Of a stretch of 48,231 nt of DNA, positions 9,641 to 18,267 are shown in pieces (the first letter of the stretch is position 1; each line of letters begins with the position of its first letter). The DNA is taken from the IMG/VR virus record IMGVR_UViG_3300029305_010146; one strand, 5' to 3'. The translations under genes were made by a program, and so were the position numbers. The DNA is from an uncultured virus (IMG/VR IMGVR_UViG_3300029305_010146) (taxonomy: Duplodnaviria; Heunggongvirae; Uroviricota; Caudoviricetes). The notes under the pieces were generated by a model. It had not been told where the DNA came from. It did not search any database and saw only the letters and a list, made by a program, of their open reading frames with translations.

Positions 9641-12600
9641 ATGGTTGGAACAAAAACTAAAAAAGGTTTTACATTAGTAGAACTCTTAATTTGTGTTGCT
9701 ATACTTGCAGTTCTTGCCGCCATCTCAATTCCCATCATTTCGGGTCTTGTGGACAATGCTAATGACAGAAGTGATAAGTTGATGGCAGAACTTTTCTCCT
9801 CATACATGACAAAATATGCAAACGAAGACCCTGGTCCAATTTCTAACTATACTCAATTAAGTTCATCAGAACAAAGTGTAGTTTATTATGCTGGTAATAA
9901 CTATTTTCCAGGAACACTCCAAAGCGGAAGTGGTGCTTATAGTACCGACGAACAGGTATGGGAGGCAATTCGCCGTGAAGCAATTGTCGCTATGAAAATG
10001 TATGGTGAAGAGGTAATAGTAGCAGATAATTACTATATTACAGGCCCTAAAAACACACAGCATAATTATATTTATTATTATTTGACAGGCAAAGTAGTTG
10101 CTGAAGATATTAATGAAGTAATCGAAAAAACAGAAAAAAATATAGCTAACGGAAAAGATGTGCCAGATAACTATTGGGTGGCACTTGATACAAATGCTGG
10201 CAATGCAGAAGCCGTCACTACTACATCCACTGGTCAAGTGTATATAAACCTTTACTATTATGGTTTAGGCATTCCACACCCAGTTGGTGAATTAAAGAAC
10301 CAAGTAAATTCAGACATTTATCTACAGAATACTGTAACTGGACAAAAATTCTATGTATGTAATAATGATGTAAACGACCTTTTCTATAATAACAATGTTC
10401 TTCAATTTGAAAATGTTACAAAAGGTTCCTATCAATTATATATTAATTCTTATATGGTAACTAACATACCAAGTTCAGAATATGGTCAATTAGGTAGTTT
10501 TTCTACATCTGGTTCAATTACTGTTTCTGACAGTGGTTATGCTGGTATGACAATGGGTCATCCTTATAGAGCATATTTACTCGCCGTTACAAAAGGCAAT
10601 GTCGCAGTATATTATAAGACATCTACATTTAATAATTCTGGTCGTGTAGGTACGGATGTTAAGCACGAGTATAATGAATATTATAATTTAGCATTTAATT
10701 ATGTACCATCTCTTTCAAACGACCAAAATGTAAATTTCTCTGTGTCGTACCCATCTAATGGAAGACACAATATTGCCCTATATGATACTTCCGTGTCAAA
10801 GTATTTGCCATATGGAAAACATAACCTAAAATATACATCTGATGCACATAGAGATGTAACTGCTCAAATCATTTCTTCTCGTTATGGAATTTATGATGTA
10901 GGCACAACAAATACCTCTTCGTCAGAATTCAATTACGAAATTATCACAAGAAAAAATGTTGTCACAATCAGTGGTACGATTGATTTTGGAACGGCAGGCA
11001 TGCCATTAAATGGTTCTGTTTCTGCTACTGACAAAAACAAATTAAGTAGTACCTATGATGTCAATTTGACAACCGATTCCATCAATACAGAGGTTTATTT
11101 TATTTCTACTGACGGAAAATATTCTCGCAAACTCGAAGTAAGTGATTTAACTTATGTTTCAGATGGTGTATATTCCTACACCCTCGAAAACGTAGAATGG
11201 GATGGCGACGGTACCTATTACGAAGTTTGGTATGCAAACTCCTTTAAAAGCATGGTGCCTATCAAAGTCACAACTCAACCTACATTCGTCGAAGGTTTTG
11301 ATATCACTGGTAATTACACAATTTCTGATTACTTCAAAAATTGCACAATAACAGCATCCAAAAAAGCATTCAGTGAAAATGTATATTCTTCAATCAACTC
11401 CAACATTAAATTTACTAATGTATATACTGGTGTTGAATATAACTGCACGAACGGCGGTCAACTTTCGCTTCCTTGCGGTTTCTACGATGTATCAATCGTA
11501 TACCCTGTCCCATACAATGTAAATGAAACAGTAAGAGTCCTTGTGTGTGATAGCAATGTCGTATTTAATTTTGTTAGAACTTTTTCTGGTGTAACATTAA
11601 GTGGTACTTTACAACCAACAAGTGGAGATACATACTTATCTGGTGTTAGTACATCTTTTAGTAGTAAAATAACCCTTTCAGTAAAATACACCAATGTAGA
11701 TGGAACTTCTGATACATTAAATGGTACAATTACAGCGAATGGAAATAAAGCAAATTACACAATCGTGGTTCCTCTCGCCAAGACATATGACTTTACTTTT
11801 GCCAATAGCGACAGTAAGTGCTTTACAAATAAGACCGCAACATATTCTCCCCAAAACACGAATACCACACGCACACAAAACTACAATATGGAAAGAAACA
11901 CAAGTAAGTCTGAATCAAATCACAGAGGCGATTGGGCAAAGACGACAGTAAGTGATTCTACACATACTGTGACTTGTAATTTCTGTGGTTTACAACTCAA
12001 CAATCACACCGCATCTACTGAACAAGTTACTCAAAAAGGCACTTGTACAGCAAATGGTTCCAGAAGATATGTTTGCAATACAAGTGGTTGCGGATATGTA
12101 ACAAATACATATACTATTTCTGCTCGTGGACACAACCATGTGGGCAGTGTTGAAACAGCCTCTACATGTTGGTATGTCGGAACAACAAGATACACTTGCA
12201 ACAGAACAGCGACAACTTATTATACTGCTTGTTCCGATACATATACAAGAGATGACATTCCAAAGAAAGACCATAATTATAGTTCCTCGTTCACTGTAAC
12301 AAGCAAAGGAACTTGTACTACCAATGGTTCGAAAGAAAAACGTTGTTCTAATTTTGCAAGTTGTGGCGGTTACACAGAAAGAACCGCTATTCCAGCAAGG
12401 GGTCACTCTTGGAATGGTGGCTCAACCACGAAAAATGCTACTTGTACAGCAGGTGGTAATATTAGATATACTTGCACAAGAAGTGCAACAACAGAATATG
12501 CGGCTTGTGCCCAAACGAAAGATGAAGCAACAAGTGCACTTGGACACAATTATGCAAAAAACAAAACAAATCTCTATTCAGCAGCAACATGCACAGCAGA

Positions 12601-13237
12601 TGCTGTTTATTACAAGACTTGCACAAGATGTGGTGGCACAAGTGGTACTTGGACAAATACTGGTTCTGCATTAGGTCACAACTATACTGAAAATACCAAA
12701 AAATTATATTCTGCCGCAACTTGTACTGCGGATGCAAAATATTATAAATCATGCACTCGTTGTAGTGCAACTAATGGTACATGGACCAAGAGTGGCACAT
12801 CCTTAGGACATGACTATTCATCTAAAACAAAAACTTCTACATATCTTAAATACTCCAAGAGTTGTGCACATAAAGAAACTTATTATTATAAGTGTTCAAG
12901 ATGCACCTCAAAAGGAACTTCAACGTATACGGTTGGCGAGTATTCAAATCATACCCCAAGTAGTTATTGGATTTCTTATGATACATCACACTCAACCAAC
13001 TATTCGGAAGCAAGTCACTGGCATTATAACAGATGTACTGTTTGCGGAGCAACAGCGAGAGGTGGAAGTGTCAGAGGTTTAACCCTCGTTAAGGGAATAG
13101 ATAGTTATTCATGGGCAGGCGACATACTCGGATTAGGATGGGTTTATTTCGACTGTTATAAAGATGATGGTACCTACACTAGGGAAAAGATGAACTGGTA
13201 CTATTGTGGAACTTGCGGTTACGACCCAGGTGATTAA
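9641..13237 (+). CDS. Giant (1198 aa) type IV pilin with beta-rich middle domains and C-terminal Cys/His-rich repeats; putative adhesin
   Basis: KKG|FTLVELLICVAILAVL prepilin motif; C-terminal GH..ATCT..Y.C..C repeats. Confidence 0.85.
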   Translation: MVGTKTKKGFTLVELLICVAILAVLAAISIPIISGLVDNANDRSDKLMAELFSSYMTKYANEDPGPISNYTQLSSSEQSVVYYAGNNYFPGTLQSGSGAYSTDEQVWEAIRREAIVAMKMYGEEVIVADNYYITGPKNTQHNYIYYYLTGKVVAEDINEVIEKTEKNIANGKDVPDNYWVALDTNAGNAEAVTTTSTGQVYINLYYYGLGIPHPVGELKNQVNSDIYLQNTVTGQKFYVCNNDVNDLFYNNNVLQFENVTKGSYQLYINSYMVTNIPSSEYGQLGSFSTSGSITVSDSGYAGMTMGHPYRAYLLAVTKGNVAVYYKTSTFNNSGRVGTDVKHEYNEYYNLAFNYVPSLSNDQNVNFSVSYPSNGRHNIALYDTSVSKYLPYGKHNLKYTSDAHRDVTAQIISSRYGIYDVGTTNTSSSEFNYEIITRKNVVTISGTIDFGTAGMPLNGSVSATDKNKLSSTYDVNLTTDSINTEVYFISTDGKYSRKLEVSDLTYVSDGVYSYTLENVEWDGDGTYYEVWYANSFKSMVPIKVTTQPTFVEGFDITGNYTISDYFKNCTITASKKAFSENVYSSINSNIKFTNVYTGVEYNCTNGGQLSLPCGFYDVSIVYPVPYNVNETVRVLVCDSNVVFNFVRTFSGVTLSGTLQPTSGDTYLSGVSTSFSSKITLSVKYTNVDGTSDTLNGTITANGNKANYTIVVPLAKTYDFTFANSDSKCFTNKTATYSPQNTNTTRTQNYNMERNTSKSESNHRGDWAKTTVSDSTHTVTCNFCGLQLNNHTASTEQVTQKGTCTANGSRRYVCNTSGCGYVTNTYTISARGHNHVGSVETASTCWYVGTTRYTCNRTATTYYTACSDTYTRDDIPKKDHNYSSSFTVTSKGTCTTNGSKEKRCSNFASCGGYTERTAIPARGHSWNGGSTTKNATCTAGGNIRYTCTRSATTEYAACAQTKDEATSALGHNYAKNKTNLYSAATCTADAVYYKTCTRCGGTSGTWTNTGSALGHNYTENTKKLYSAATCTADAKYYKSCTRCSATNGTWTKSGTSLGHDYSSKTKTSTYLKYSKSCAHKETYYYKCSRCTSKGTSTYTVGEYSNHTPSSYWISYDTSHSTNYSEASHWHYNRCTVCGATARGGSVRGLTLVKGIDSYSWAGDILGLGWVYFDCYKDDGTYTREKMNWYYCGTCGYDPGD
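12536..12799 (+). repeat. Tandem 132-bp (44-aa) coding repeat in the giant pilin
   Basis: ALGHNYAKNKTNLYSAATCTADAVYYKTCTRC and ALGHNYTENTKKLYSAATCTADAKYYKSCTRC start at 12536 and 12668. Confidence 0.85.
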
Positions 13238-13246
13238 TATTTTTTC

Positions 13247-13279
13247 AAAAGTGAGCATAAATTCTATGCTCACTTTTTT
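13247..13279 (+). terminator. Rho-independent terminator
   Basis: AAAAGTGAGCATA-AATTC-TATGCTCACTTTT. Confidence 0.85.
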
Positions 13280-13282
13280 CAC

Positions 13283-13311
13283 TTGACAATAACACAAAAA
13301 TCAACTATAAT
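13283..13311 (+). promoter_or_regulatory. Consensus sigma-A promoter
   Basis: TTGACA-17 nt-TATAAT. Confidence 0.8.
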
Positions 13312-13373
13312 TATTTATATTGTAAATATTCTCACATAGATAAAATATTTTAGAAAGAATTTGTGGTGATTAT

Positions 13374-14243
13374 ATGAAAAAAATATTGTTTTTAATAATT
13401 ATGGTTTTATGTATCTTTTCCTTAGTTGCTTGTTCGCCCAAAGAACATACACAACGAGAAAATGAAGAACCAATTACAAAACCAGAATTAACCGATGTAG
13501 AAACAGCAAGAGTAGAGGCGAAGAGTGCTGCTACAAAATATCTCAATGAAAAATATAATCTAAAAATTACAGAATCCGAAATTAAAGATTGCACCAATGT
13601 GACTATAACTAACGAAGATGGCATTGCAAAATTATTAGAAGAAGAATTCATTACGCAAGAAGACATTGACGCATACGAAGAAGGTTCTCTATCTATATGT
13701 ACTCCCCATTTGTGCATAGTGTTTTCCGATGGCAACACAGAAGACATATATTATTGTGTTGTGGATATTTCCGACATAAATAAAATTAAGTGCTATGACA
13801 ATTATCAAACATCAAAAATAGCAGAACTAATGTGGGGGCAGTTACCAATTACTTTATGTACTTCTGGTAATTACAATATAGTATATAATTATTATTCAAA
13901 AGAGTTGCACAAATACGGGATTGACGAAGTTCTCCCTAACTGTATCAATGAAAAGATAACGGCAAAAAACTTCGAAAGTTTATTAGACGGAAAGTCTTAT
14001 CCAGATATTGCTTTTGAAATAGATTATTTTGTAGAAGGTGCAGATGAATTAAAGGATTTGTCAAAAGAAGTAGAGACACTGTTAGAAAACACAGAACTTT
14101 TTGGGATTTATAATTGTAGCAGTATCGAATTTTCTAAACAATTTATAGAAATTGACAGGAACAAAAATTTCTTAACATCCAATAAGAATGATATTGTCAG
14201 TCATCGTCTCTACGGAAGACTCAAACCAAATACGGAAAAATAA
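13374..14243 (+). CDS. Lipoprotein of unknown function
   Basis: MKK, hydrophobic stretch and lipobox LVAC. Confidence 0.75.
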   Translation: MKKILFLIIMVLCIFSLVACSPKEHTQRENEEPITKPELTDVETARVEAKSAATKYLNEKYNLKITESEIKDCTNVTITNEDGIAKLLEEEFITQEDIDAYEEGSLSICTPHLCIVFSDGNTEDIYYCVVDISDINKIKCYDNYQTSKIAELMWGQLPITLCTSGNYNIVYNYYSKELHKYGIDEVLPNCINEKITAKNFESLLDGKSYPDIAFEIDYFVEGADELKDLSKEVETLLENTELFGIYNCSSIEFSKQFIEIDRNKNFLTSNKNDIVSHRLYGRLKPNTEK

Positions 14244-14247
14244 ATAA

Positions 14248-14280
14248 CAAAAAGCACTTGAAGTTTTCAAGTGCTTTTTG
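14248..14280 (+). terminator. Rho-independent terminator
   Basis: CAAAAAGCACTTGAA...TTCAAGTGCTTTTTG. Confidence 0.85.
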
Positions 14281-14282
14281 TA

Positions 14283-14311
14283 TTGACAAATAAACAAAAA
14301 TAAAGTATAAT
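14283..14311 (+). promoter_or_regulatory. Consensus sigma-A promoter
   Basis: TTGACA-17 nt-TATAAT. Confidence 0.8.
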
Positions 14312-14354
14312 TTTTGATGGATTATTATCTAACTTCGAGAAAGGAGATGAGATT

Positions 14355-16478
14355 GTGGCAGTATATAGTAAAAAAGATTATGAAAATTTTATTAATAGAG
14401 ATAAAATAAGAAAAAGAAAAATTAAAAAAAGAATCTTCGCTTGTTTATATGGTTTAATTGCTATTGGAATTATAGTTGGAACAGTATTCCTTTTTATGCA
14501 AGATAGAACAAATTATATCAAAGAAGATAATTATACAGATGCAATCAATTATGCCATTGATAAATTTGCCACAATAAAACCAATGTCGCACGACGACTAT
14601 CCTCGTTTAACTTACGATTTTTATTCCCTCCCACCCATCACCCCCAATGATTCTGTAGAAGATAATAATATACATAAAGACTATGCATTGGATAACAACA
14701 AAGATACAACTAATAACAATACTAATATAGAGAATAACGCATCGGTAGATAACACAATAAAGAATACCGATAATAAAACAGAAATAAAACCAAATAACGA
14801 AGATGCAAATAAGGGAGAAAACAAAGGAGAGAATAATAACCCAGACTATATAGTAGATGAAGATGAAGAAAAACCAGCATTCTTCGAATATGATTACTTT
14901 GTAGAAATAGCAGGCAAAGGTAATTATCCAGGTTATAATGTAGTAGGTCCTAACTTTATTCAAAATATTAGAACAGAATTGTGTTTAGCAATTAAAGCAT
15001 ACACCACAATGCCGATTGCATCGGGTTCACTTAAAGGAAATTATAGATTAGATTATCACGACGATACTTATGACTATGTGTATTTTTTTCTTTTAGGCGA
15101 AGTTAAGAAAGTAGATAAGAACTATCTTAAAACCCTTGATGAAACTGCCCTTAATAAAAATTACTATAATTTGGATAATTTTTGGATTAGTCTCACCGAA
15201 GATAAAAGCAGTCAACTATCAAAACTTCTTCTTAATCAAAGCAACGAAGGAATATATACGGTTATCGTAAGCGATAAAACAGGAAACTCACTTGATGAAG
15301 CTAAAGTAAGTTTTATTTCTGGTTCTTATATTGAAACAATTACTGCACCTCAAAATTCACTCGTTGTATTTACAAATGTTCCTCACGGAACTGCCGAACT
15401 TAAAATTGAGAAAAGTGGTTATATCGATTTTCCACACGAAGTTGCGTATAAAGAATATGAGCAAATCAATATCGCAAATGATAAAACATACTATGGTCAA
15501 AACTTTTCTGGTCCTTTAAGAGTTAAATTACTGGCATCTTCTGTTGCCAAGTGTTCGTTCTCTTATACCACTTTGCAATATGAATATGGTACAAATGGGT
15601 ATACCCCAGTACAAGAAACAATCGATGGAAACTTTAATGTTGTATTAAAAAATAAAAAAACGAAAGAGGAAACCAAAACAACCATCAGATACGATGGGAC
15701 TTCTCTCTATTGGTTCGAATTTTTTAATGACACTGCTGTTGGCCAATATGATATCGATATTTATCCTACAAATACAAAATATAAACCATTATTTTTAAAA
15801 AATGTTTATATCAATGAACATGGAATTGGTAATGATGGATATTTAGATAAAAATAGTGATTACATTTTTGCTTTCAATACGGATGAATATGTTAATGTTG
15901 AATTTAGGATTACTGACGGGACTTCTTTTGGTCTTGCTGAACCAAAGGGTAAACTCGGAATGTATCAACTTGTTAAGACCAATGTTATGAAGAAGGACGG
16001 GTGGGTAGAGTTAAAACTTGTTGACTGCGATAATAAGAAAGAAACCACAGCGACTCTCTTTGTTGGTTCTGACAACATTTTGGTTGGAAGTGTAGATGTA
16101 AAACAAGACAGAAAATATGATATTTATGTATCAACCGTTTTTGGAGATGTGTTATTATATGACAACCTTAATTTAAGAACCAATAACTATCTGTTCAGTG
16201 CAAATATCACAGACAACATTCTTCCACAATGTATTGCAGAACTTTATGTGAGAAGAAATGAGGAATGTTTAATTAATATAATGAGCATTGATGGAAACCA
16301 AAAATACAGTTTTGAAAAACAAGTTGGAGATAGTGGAAGATATCTATGTAAAACTGATGTTCCAATTAACTCTGGTTATTATTACCTCAACATAATGGAC
16401 AATAGTAATAATCTTCTTGAAACCTATGTGGTTTTGGTATCCAACAAATCAAATAACTTCACTGTCGAATTTAAATAA
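14355..16478 (+). CDS. Membrane-anchored surface protein paralogous to the giant pilin ectodomain
   Basis: GTG start after AAGGAG; basic N-terminus plus one TM helix; Asn-rich linker; blocks that align by eye with the 9641 pilin. Confidence 0.7.
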   Translation: MAVYSKKDYENFINRDKIRKRKIKKRIFACLYGLIAIGIIVGTVFLFMQDRTNYIKEDNYTDAINYAIDKFATIKPMSHDDYPRLTYDFYSLPPITPNDSVEDNNIHKDYALDNNKDTTNNNTNIENNASVDNTIKNTDNKTEIKPNNEDANKGENKGENNNPDYIVDEDEEKPAFFEYDYFVEIAGKGNYPGYNVVGPNFIQNIRTELCLAIKAYTTMPIASGSLKGNYRLDYHDDTYDYVYFFLLGEVKKVDKNYLKTLDETALNKNYYNLDNFWISLTEDKSSQLSKLLLNQSNEGIYTVIVSDKTGNSLDEAKVSFISGSYIETITAPQNSLVVFTNVPHGTAELKIEKSGYIDFPHEVAYKEYEQINIANDKTYYGQNFSGPLRVKLLASSVAKCSFSYTTLQYEYGTNGYTPVQETIDGNFNVVLKNKKTKEETKTTIRYDGTSLYWFEFFNDTAVGQYDIDIYPTNTKYKPLFLKNVYINEHGIGNDGYLDKNSDYIFAFNTDEYVNVEFRITDGTSFGLAEPKGKLGMYQLVKTNVMKKDGWVELKLVDCDNKKETTATLFVGSDNILVGSVDVKQDRKYDIYVSTVFGDVLLYDNLNLRTNNYLFSANITDNILPQCIAELYVRRNEECLINIMSIDGNQKYSFEKQVGDSGRYLCKTDVPINSGYYYLNIMDNSNNLLETYVVLVSNKSNNFTVEFK

Positions 16479-16480
16479 AA

Positions 16481-16512
16481 AATAAACCCAATCCAGAAGG
16501 ATTGGGTTTATT
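16481..16512. terminator. Bidirectional terminator between convergent genes
   Basis: AATAAACCCAATCC-AGAA-GGATTGGGTTTATT. Confidence 0.8.
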
Positions 16513-16513
16513 A

Positions 16514-17464
16514 TTATTCTTTTGCATCATTCATCATTTGCATCAATCCTGCATTACCGTATTTTTTCAAAACTTCATCAGGGTCTTTACATCCGTGAAG
16601 AATTTTCATCTTCTTGGTCTTGACGCCGAGTCGGTCAAAAATATCAACGGCTTTTGCAAGAGCAGATTGCCCTGCATTATCGCCATCAAAACAGAGATAG
16701 ACTTCTTTTGCAATTGAAGCAAGAATCCGAGCATGTGCCAGCGTTAATGCTGTGCCAAGACTTGCGACAACATTGGGAATGCCACCAACCGTAAAGGCAA
16801 TAACATCCATCTGTCCTTCGCAAACCACAACATGGTCAAAATCTGTTGAAAAATTGTTCAGATTAAAAAAACCTTGACGTTTATGAAATACAATGTTTTC
16901 AGATGTATTGATATATTTTCTTTCATCATCAACAATTGTTCTTCCGCTAAAACCGATTATGTTGCCCCATGCATCTTTGATAGGGAACATAATTCGATTT
17001 CTGTAAAAGTCATAAACTTTATTATTTTTTGCACGGAATGTGATACCCGCAGCAACGGTTTCTTCTTCTGAAAAACCTTTTTCCAGCAAATATTGCTTTG
17101 TTGCGGTCCAGTCTGAATTAGCATAACCAATTCCAAAAAAAGAAATTGTGCCATCATCAAGACCACGACAACTGACATACTTTTTTGCCACATCAGAACG
17201 AGCAAGAGAATTTTGGAAATATTCCATAGCAATCCTATTCAGTTGCAATATTCTTTTTTGTTCATCAGAATATTGAAACCCAATAGTGCTATGTCTTTCC
17301 ATCAGTGCTTGCATTTGTGTTGCATCTCCACTCGCACCACAATGAAGACATAAAAAGTGCCCATCTTTAACATATACGGTGTTTTCGGTGCTCGCATGAA
17401 GCGGACACTTATACATACCATATTCGTCGGGAACCTTTTCTATAGTTTTGAAAAAGTTTTCCAT
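16514..17464 (-). CDS. dnaG: DnaG-type DNA primase, short form (zinc finger and TOPRIM, no C-terminal helicase-binding domain)
   Basis: CPLH...CLHC zinc finger, YRNRIMFPI, GFSGR, KYINT, EGQMD, ASLGTALT, CFDGDNAG and KDPDE. Confidence 0.9.
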   Translation of the reverse strand: MENFFKTIEKVPDEYGMYKCPLHASTENTVYVKDGHFLCLHCGASGDATQMQALMERHSTIGFQYSDEQKRILQLNRIAMEYFQNSLARSDVAKKYVSCRGLDDGTISFFGIGYANSDWTATKQYLLEKGFSEEETVAAGITFRAKNNKVYDFYRNRIMFPIKDAWGNIIGFSGRTIVDDERKYINTSENIVFHKRQGFFNLNNFSTDFDHVVVCEGQMDVIAFTVGGIPNVVASLGTALTLAHARILASIAKEVYLCFDGDNAGQSALAKAVDIFDRLGVKTKKMKILHGCKDPDEVLKKYGNAGLMQMMNDAKE

Positions 17465-17564
17465 TCCGATATCCTCCTTCTTTTAACTTTTTCTAAAATA
17501 TATACATAAATTTTATATCACATAAGTCTTTTTCTTTCAAGTTTTTTTATTTTCCAACAATCTG

Positions 17565-17593
17565 TTGACTTTTTTTATTCATTGTATTATACT
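17565..17593 (+). promoter_or_regulatory. sigma-A promoter (divergent from dnaG)
   Basis: TTGACT-17 nt-TATACT. Confidence 0.6.
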
Positions 17594-17619
17594 ATTATAA
17601 ATGATGGAGGTGTTATTTT

Positions 17620-18231
17620 ATGACGAGTAAAAAACCAATTATCTTTTTGATTTTAGGGATTATATTATTAATGGGCATTGCGTGTGGCATCTTCTTTTTC
17701 TTTTCATCGATGCTAAATCAAACTTCTGATGAACCAACTTACAGTTTGTCTGAAAATGAAAACATAACGATTGATTCTTCGACTAAACAAATTGACTTTT
17801 TATTAAAATTAGATTTTATAGGCAAAAACATTTCAGAAGTTGAAGAAGAATTTAAAAACATCACCTTTATTAGCGATGAAAAAATCACTATGAATAATGT
17901 CCAATTATTAAATACTTCTGGGTCAATAGATTTAATCATTAAAGATGATAAAATCACAAATTATATTTTCAAAACTAAATCCTTATATTCTGCCGAAGAT
18001 ATTGTTTATCTTTTCAATTCTCTTAATACAGAATTGGTTAATCTAACAAAAGATGAAACTGCTACAATATATTTTTATGAAAACAATTCACAAAAACCGT
18101 TTACCAGTCACGAAGGACTGTATGACAGCAACAACCGCATTGAGGCACAATATAAACACAAAAATAAAACTGTTAAAATATTTACACAAAAAAACGACAA
18201 AGAATACACAATTGTCATTACGACTGCATAA
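17620..18231 (+). CDS. Hypothetical protein with N-terminal membrane anchor
   Basis: GGAG RBS; KK followed by a long hydrophobic segment. Confidence 0.65.
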   Translation: MTSKKPIIFLILGIILLMGIACGIFFFFSSMLNQTSDEPTYSLSENENITIDSSTKQIDFLLKLDFIGKNISEVEEEFKNITFISDEKITMNNVQLLNTSGSIDLIIKDDKITNYIFKTKSLYSAEDIVYLFNSLNTELVNLTKDETATIYFYENNSQKPFTSHEGLYDSNNRIEAQYKHKNKTVKIFTQKNDKEYTIVITTA

Positions 18232-18267
18232 AAAATCCCCAATCATTAGATTGGGGATTCTTTTTTT
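18230..18267. terminator. Bidirectional terminator
   Basis: AATCCCCAATC-ATTA-GATTGGGGATT flanked by A and T runs. Confidence 0.8.

Noticed and set aside
12536..12799. CRISPR-like or DGR repeat
   Set aside because: In-frame coding duplication with no spacers; differences are not confined to adenines and no reverse transcriptase is adjacent.
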